Shown here: positions 58,547 to 64,000 of the stretch, piece after piece
Layout: each line of letters opens with the position of its first letter
How positions within the stretch are numbered: position 1 is the stretch's first letter
Assembly (NCBI GenBank): GCA_963927425.1
Contig: CAWVBA010000003.1
Coordinates: forward strand, 113,582-177,581
DNA: 64,000 bases
Direction: 5' to 3'
Source: an uncultured Atopobiaceae bacterium
GTDB lineage: Bacteria > Actinomycetota > Coriobacteriia > Coriobacteriales > Atopobiaceae
The notes under the pieces: model-generated
What the model was told of the DNA's origin: nothing
The model's input: the letters and a program-made list of their open reading frames with translations, nothing else
The model's database searches: none
Position numbers and translations under genes: made by a program

Positions 58547-60622
58547 GTGCGATACGCCATCGAACATGAGGTGCCGGGGCGAGTGCGCCTGACGCTCATC
58601 GAGCGTCTTGTCGCATCCGACGTCGTCGCTCTCGAGACGACGCTCTCCTCTTGGGCGGGCGTCGAGCGCGTGCGCGCCTATCCTCGCATCCGCTCGGTTG
58701 CCGTCTGGTATCGCGACGCTCCCGCAAGGACGGCCCTGTTTGATCGACTGGATGCGCTCGCACTCCCCCAGCTCGAAAAGACGAGCGTCCAGACGCCTGC
58801 GGCGCTCGTGCCCGTGGGCGCGCCCGTTGCGCGCAGCATCGTCCGCCTCGTGGGCAACCACCTGATCCGCCGCTGGCTCCTCCCTCCCGCGCTGCGCGCG
58901 GTATGGGCCGGGCTTCACTACCTCGGGTTCCTGCGCGCCGGCCTCGCCTCGCTCAGGCGCGGGCGTCTCGACGTGCCGGTGCTCGACGCCTCGGCCATCG
59001 GCCTCTCGTTTGCCAAGCGCGACCCAAAGACCGCGGCAAGCACCATGTTCTTGCTCGATCTGGGCGAGGCTCTCGAGGACGCCACCCGCACGCGCTCCGA
59101 GCACGAGCTCATCAGCTCTCTCATGGCCATCCCCCAAAGCGCGCGTCGCCTCGAGGACGGCGAGGAGGTCACCGTGCCCGCCCAGAGCCTCCGCACGGGC
59201 GACCTCGTCGTGGCGCGCACCGGTATGCCCGTGTGCGTCGACGGCGTGGTGGTGCGCGGGGAGGCCATGGTCAATCAGGCGGCGCTCACCGGCGAGCCGC
59301 TCGCCGTGGAGCGCATGGCCGGCGACGACGTCTTTGCCGGCACCGCGGTAGAAGAGGGCGAGATCGTCATCCGCGTGGGCGCCGAGCCCGCCTCGACCAA
59401 GCTCCGCTCCATCGTGAGCCTCGTCGAGGCAACAGAGCAGCTCAAAAGCGAGATCCAGACGCGCCGCGAGCACCTCGCGGACCGCTTCGTGCCGTGGAAC
59501 TTCCTGCTTGCAGGGCTTGTGGCGGCGACCACGAAAAGCCTTGCCAAGACATCGGCCGCCCTCATGGTCGACTACTCCTGCGCCCTCAGGCTCACGTCGT
59601 CCATCAGCGTGCTCGCCGCCATGAGCCAGAGCGCGCACGAGGGCATGGCCGTCAAGGGTGCCAAGCATTTCGAGGCCATCGCCGCCGCCGACACCATCGT
59701 GTTCGATAAGACGGGAACGCTCACCGAGGCGACGCCCCGGGTCGCGCGCGTGCTCGCCCTCGTGCCCGATTGGACCGAGGACGAGGTGCTGCGCACCTCG
59801 GCCTGCCTGGAGGAGCATTTCCCGCATCCCGTGGCGCGCGCCGTGGTGGCGGCCGCCGCCGCGCGCGGCCTCGAGCATCGCGAACGCCATGCCGAGGTCG
59901 CCTATATCGTGGCGCACGGCATCGCATCGGCGCTCGATGGCAAGCGCATCGTCATCGGTAGTCGCCACTTCGTGATGGAGGACGAGCACGTCGAAGTCGC
60001 CCCCGAGGCAGAGGCGCGCATCAACGGCGACCTCGAAGGCCTCTCACCGCTCTACCTCGCCCAAGACGGAAAGCTGGTGGGCGTGCTCGGCATCGAAGAT
60101 CCCTTAAAGGCAGGAGTGCCCGAGGCAATTGCGGCACTTCGCTCGCAGGGCATCGGCCACATCATCATGCTCACCGGCGATAACGAGCGCACCGCCGCAC
60201 GCATCGCCGCCGAGGCGGGCATCACCGAGTACCGGGCTGACCTGCTCCCCGAGGACAAGCATGCCTACGTGGAGGCGCTCGTGGCTCGCGGGCAACGCGT
60301 CGTCATGGTGGGTGACGGCGTTAACGACGCGCCGGCGCTCTCCGCCGCTGATGTGGGCATCGCCATGGGCACGGGCACCGCCATCGCGCAGGAGGTCGCC
60401 GACGTCACGCTCGCCGCGGGCGGGCTCGACGCCATCGTGCGCCTGCACGCGCTCAGTCGCTCCCTCATGGGGCGCCTCGACCGCTCGTTCACCGCGGTTA
60501 TGGGCATCAACTCGGCGCTTCTCGCTGCGGGAATCGTCGGCATCATCCGACCCCAGACCTCGGCGCTCCTGCACAACGGCACCACCATCGCGCTGGCCGC
60601 AGAAAGCGCTCGACGTCTCTAG
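58547..60622 (+). CDS. Heavy-metal P1B-type ATPase with DYSCAL (SCA) motif
   Basis: HEVPGRVRL, LTGEP, DYSCAL, DKTGT, HFPHP, GDGVNDAP, LLHNGTT. Confidence 0.92.
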   Translation: MRYAIEHEVPGRVRLTLIERLVASDVVALETTLSSWAGVERVRAYPRIRSVAVWYRDAPARTALFDRLDALALPQLEKTSVQTPAALVPVGAPVARSIVRLVGNHLIRRWLLPPALRAVWAGLHYLGFLRAGLASLRRGRLDVPVLDASAIGLSFAKRDPKTAASTMFLLDLGEALEDATRTRSEHELISSLMAIPQSARRLEDGEEVTVPAQSLRTGDLVVARTGMPVCVDGVVVRGEAMVNQAALTGEPLAVERMAGDDVFAGTAVEEGEIVIRVGAEPASTKLRSIVSLVEATEQLKSEIQTRREHLADRFVPWNFLLAGLVAATTKSLAKTSAALMVDYSCALRLTSSISVLAAMSQSAHEGMAVKGAKHFEAIAAADTIVFDKTGTLTEATPRVARVLALVPDWTEDEVLRTSACLEEHFPHPVARAVVAAAAARGLEHRERHAEVAYIVAHGIASALDGKRIVIGSRHFVMEDEHVEVAPEAEARINGDLEGLSPLYLAQDGKLVGVLGIEDPLKAGVPEAIAALRSQGIGHIIMLTGDNERTAARIAAEAGITEYRADLLPEDKHAYVEALVARGQRVVMVGDGVNDAPALSAADVGIAMGTGTAIAQEVADVTLAAGGLDAIVRLHALSRSLMGRLDRSFTAVMGINSALLAAGIVGIIRPQTSALLHNGTTIALAAESARRL

Positions 60623-60670
60623 GAAGCATCAATCGGTCCGCTGTGAGGCTTGTCGTTGGGAAGTGGAGAC

Positions 60671-61551
60671 ATGGAACGGTTCACCGTCGAGCAAGACGTC
60701 TTCTTCGGATTCCTCCACTTGCCGGAGCGGCACGTCGAAGCGTACTCCGGCAAGGCGCTCATCGTGCTCGGCGGCAGCGAGGGCAACGAGAACATCCCGC
60801 GCAACCTCGGTGCGCGTTTCGCACGGGAGGGCATCGCGGCGCTCGGCCTGTGCTACTGGAACGTGCCGGGACTCCCCGATGAGCTCATCGAGGTGCCGAT
60901 CGAGCCAATCGAACGTGCCGTCGCCTATCTCCGGCAGCGTGGCTTTGACCGCGTGGGGATCTACGGCATCTCCAAGGGCGGCGAGCTGGCGCTTCTCGCC
61001 GCCTCGCTCATGCCTCAGATCACCTGCGTCGTCGCCATCTCCCCGCTCGCCTGCGCCATGCCGGGCATCACCGGCAACAAAAGCCTTGCCGGCAAGGGTC
61101 TGAGCGACCGCTCGAGCTGGACCTGGCGCGGCGAGCCCGTGCCCTGCGCGCGGGGCGGCGGGAGGCTCCCCTACCTCGGCATCATCCGCCGTATCGTCAC
61201 CGAGCGCCAGCTCGACATGCGCTTCGTCTACGAGCGGATCGTCGAGCGCGCGCCCAAGGAGGCCTGGATTGCCGTGGAGCGCATCAACGGGCCCGTCCTT
61301 CTCGCCTGCCCCTCGCATGACGCCATGTGGCCGAGCGACGAGGCCTGTCGGATCGTCGAGCAGTGCCTCGCCAAGCACGCCCATCCCTTCGAGATCACGC
61401 GACGCTCCTACGAGTACGCGAGCCACATCCTCGTGCCCATGGAGATACCCTCGCTCAAGCTCTTCCGCGTCGAGCGCGCCCACCCCGAAGCATGCCGGCA
61501 AAGCGCGAGGACGCCTTCACCCAGACGCTCGCGTTTCTCGCCCGGTGGTAA
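60671..61551 (+). CDS. Acyl-CoA thioester hydrolase/BAAT-family alpha/beta hydrolase, frameshift near 3' end (~61505)
   Basis: GGSEG, GISKGGELAL, DAMWPS, YEYASH; likely end AFTQTLAFLARW is in another frame. Confidence 0.82.
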
Positions 61552-61628
61552 CGGATGCTTCTACAGCGACGCCTCGTAAGCGTCAATCATCAAGCTCGCC
61601 GCTAGGCCGAATACCGCCCCTAGCAGCC

Positions 61629-63529
61629 TTACCGAACGCGCGGCTTCCATCCCAGTAGAAGCGCGGAGTTGACGATAACGAGCACCGACCCCGCATTGTG
61701 CACGAGCGCCCCCACCACGGGGTTCAGGACGCCCGAGATGGCAAGTGCGATCGCGATGAAGTTGAGGGTCATCGAGAACGTCAGGTTGATCCTGATGGTC
61801 GTCATCATGCGGCGCGCGAGGCACAGGAGGTGCGGCAGCTCGGCGATGTCATCGTTCACGAGTGCGATGTCCGCCGCGTCGACGGCGATATCGCTGCCGA
61901 TGCCGCCCATGGCGATGCCCACGAGCGCGCGCTTGAGCGCAGGCGCGTCGTTGACGCCGTCGCCGACCATACAAACGCCCTTGCCCGCGCGCTCCGAGTC
62001 ATCGATGAAGGAGAGCTTGTCCTCGGGCAGGCAGGTGGCCTTGTAGGTGGTGATGCCGAGTTCGGCAGCCACGTGGGCGGCCGCCGCCTCGTGGTCCCCC
62101 GTGAGGAGCACCGGCTCCACGCCCGTCTCCCACACTGCCGAAAGCGTAGCGGTGGCGTTCTCGCGCACGCGGTCGGCGAGTGCGATGAACCCCGCTGCCG
62201 TGTCGCCCCAGCCGAGATAGGTGATCGTTGCCCCCTCGGCGCGCGTAGCGTCCACGCGCCTCCCCAGCGCGTCCGGTATAGCCAGACCGTGCTCACAGTC
62301 GAGCGCTGCGTGTGCGCCCGCCCACCTCGGCCACCACGCCGCGACCGGGCACCATGGCAAAGGACGTCGGGTCCTTCGGCGCCGCTCCGGCGTGCTCCGT
62401 GGCCGCGGCCACGATGGCGCGCCCGAGGGGATGCTCGGATCGCTTCTCGGCCCGCGCCAGCAACCGCGAGCAACGCGTCCTCGCTCACGTCCTTCTCGCC
62501 CGCGCACACGGAAACCACCTGCGGCTCCCCCGTGGTGAGCGTGCCCGTCTTGTCAAAACACACGCGCCTGACCTGCGCCAGGCGCTCGAGCGCGTCCCCC
62601 CTCACGCACCAGAAAGCCGTGCCTGGTGGCATTGCCGATCGCCGCCATGATGGCCGTGGGTGTGGCGAGCACGAGCGCACACGGGGCAAAAGACGACGAG
62701 GATGGTGACCGAGCGGATGATCTCGCCCGTCACGAGATAGGTGAGAACTGCTGCCACAAGGGCGATGACGACGATCCACACCGCCCAGCGGTCGGCGAGG
62801 TTCACGATCTTGGCCTTGCCGGCGTCGGCCGACTGCACGAGGCGAATCATCCGCCGGATGGACGAGTCCTCGCCCACGCGTGTTGCGGCCATGTCGAACG
62901 AGCCGAACTGGTTGACCGTGCCGGACGACACCTCGTCCCCCGGGCCCTTGTCCACCGGCAGGCTCTCGCCGGTCATGACCGCCTGGTTCACCGAGGTCTG
63001 ACCGGAGACGATGATGCCATCTACGGGCACGGCCTCCCCGGGCAGCACGCGTAGGATGTCGCCCACCTGAACGGCTTCCGCCGCGATGGTCTCCTCCGCC
63101 GCGGGGCGCGGCTCCCCGCCCTCGGCCGTTGCGCGGGCGATGCGCCGTGCCGTGCGCGGCGTCAGATGGACGAGCCGTTCGATGCCGGCGCGGGGCGCGC
63201 GCCACGGTGAGCTCCTCGAGCAGCCCGCCGAGCTGCATGATGAAGGCGACCTCGCCCGCAGCGAAGTCCTCGCCGATGAAGACGCTCGCGATGAGGAGGC
63301 GAGCGAGACGAGCACGTCGGCCGTGATGTCGAAACTCCGTCACGAGGCCGATGACGGCCTCTAGGATGATGGGCACGCCGCACAGGATGATGGCGACCCA
63401 TGCGATCGAGAACGGAAACGGCTCGACGCCCGCGAGCGAGAGCACGAGTGCCACGCCCGAGACGGCGAGAAAGGCAATGTCGCGCCTGGTTCCGCCCCAC
63501 GCCAGCAGTTTCTCTAGGCCTTCGATCAT
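61629..63529 (-). pseudogene. Heavy-metal P1B-type ATPase with multiple frameshifts
   Basis: MTGESLP, VVFCP, DKTGTLT, LPEDK, GDGVNDAP, LVHNAGS spread over all three frames. Confidence 0.88.
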
Positions 63530-63568
63530 GAGCGTCCCCCGTCCTTCTCGCCGGCGCGTTTTGATACC

Positions 63569-63587
63569 TATACCCCCTATGGGTATA
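63569..63587. promoter_or_regulatory. CsoR/RcnR-family operator overlapping the ATPase promoter
   Basis: TATACCC-cctat-GGGTATA; minus-strand TTGACC-N17-TATACC. Confidence 0.8.
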
Positions 63588-63636
63588 ACGCTTTGAGGAA
63601 GAGGGGTCAAGCCGAAGTCCTTTTTCAGCTGGGGCA

Positions 63637-63913
63637 CTAAATCATGTTGGCGAAGCGCTCGACGGCCTTGGTGAAGTCGGCGACGGTCTTGTCAGCGTCC
63701 CCGTGCTCGATGCCGTCGCGCACGCAGTGCTGGATGTGCCCTTCGAGCACAACCTGACCGCACCGATGCAGGGCGCTTTTCGCAGCGTTGATCTGCGAGA
63801 GGATGTCCTCGCACGGCACGTCCCTCGTCTACCATGCGATCGATGGCCTGCACCTGGCCGATGATCTTGTGCAGGCGTCTGTGGAGGTTCGCCGCATCCA
63901 TGCACTGCCTCAT
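63637..63913 (-). pseudogene. csoR: CsoR-family metal-sensing repressor, frameshift ~63820
   Basis: RRLHKIIGQVQAIDRMV then PCEDILSQINAAKSAL...GHIQHCV. Confidence 0.85.
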
Positions 63914-64000
63914 CGCATCCCCTCTCCGCGCCGCGCGCGATTACCAAAACCTTTCCGCCATCATAGCGGGCCGGGCCGGACAGCGCATCACACAAGCAAT

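Overview
Very GC-rich bacterial chromosome segment. Gene content and style (Tat/lipoprotein solute-binding protein, GlnR-like regulator, DUF3793/flavodoxin pair, GGGACAGTCCC repeats) suggest Coriobacteriia, Olsenella/Atopobiaceae-like; this is inference only. 1-17.5 kb: sugar catabolism (ScrR, sucrose PTS, two GH32; PRD regulator with split Fru-family PTS, GH38 MngB-like and ROK kinase; PfkB fructokinase). 17.5-39.5 kb: housekeeping genes (UDG-6, atypical HPr, LOG, FeoA-FeoB, DegV, DXS, M4 peptidase-vWA fusion, DUF2130, HtrA, gpmA) and a nitrogen locus with an orphan GlnR-like regulator, a polar amino-acid ABC transporter and a full-length glutamine synthetase homologue that has lost most metal ligands (best candidate for a novel system). 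39.6-47 kb: lower-GC accessory block (lipoprotein, AAA/DUF4143, FHA protein, Ser/Thr kinase). 47-64 kb: metal/iron island (duplicated ZIP-AraC unit with a chimeric AraC/kinase junction, heterodimeric ABC, flavodoxin, two P1B ATPases, CsoR) with DtxR-like boxes. Intergenic DNA carries several unrelated palindromic/MITE-like repeat families, and the 7-mer CTTCTCG/CGAGAAG is strikingly frequent. About nine genes are frameshifted, possibly from long-read errors. No rRNA, tRNA, CRISPR array or transposase was recognised.
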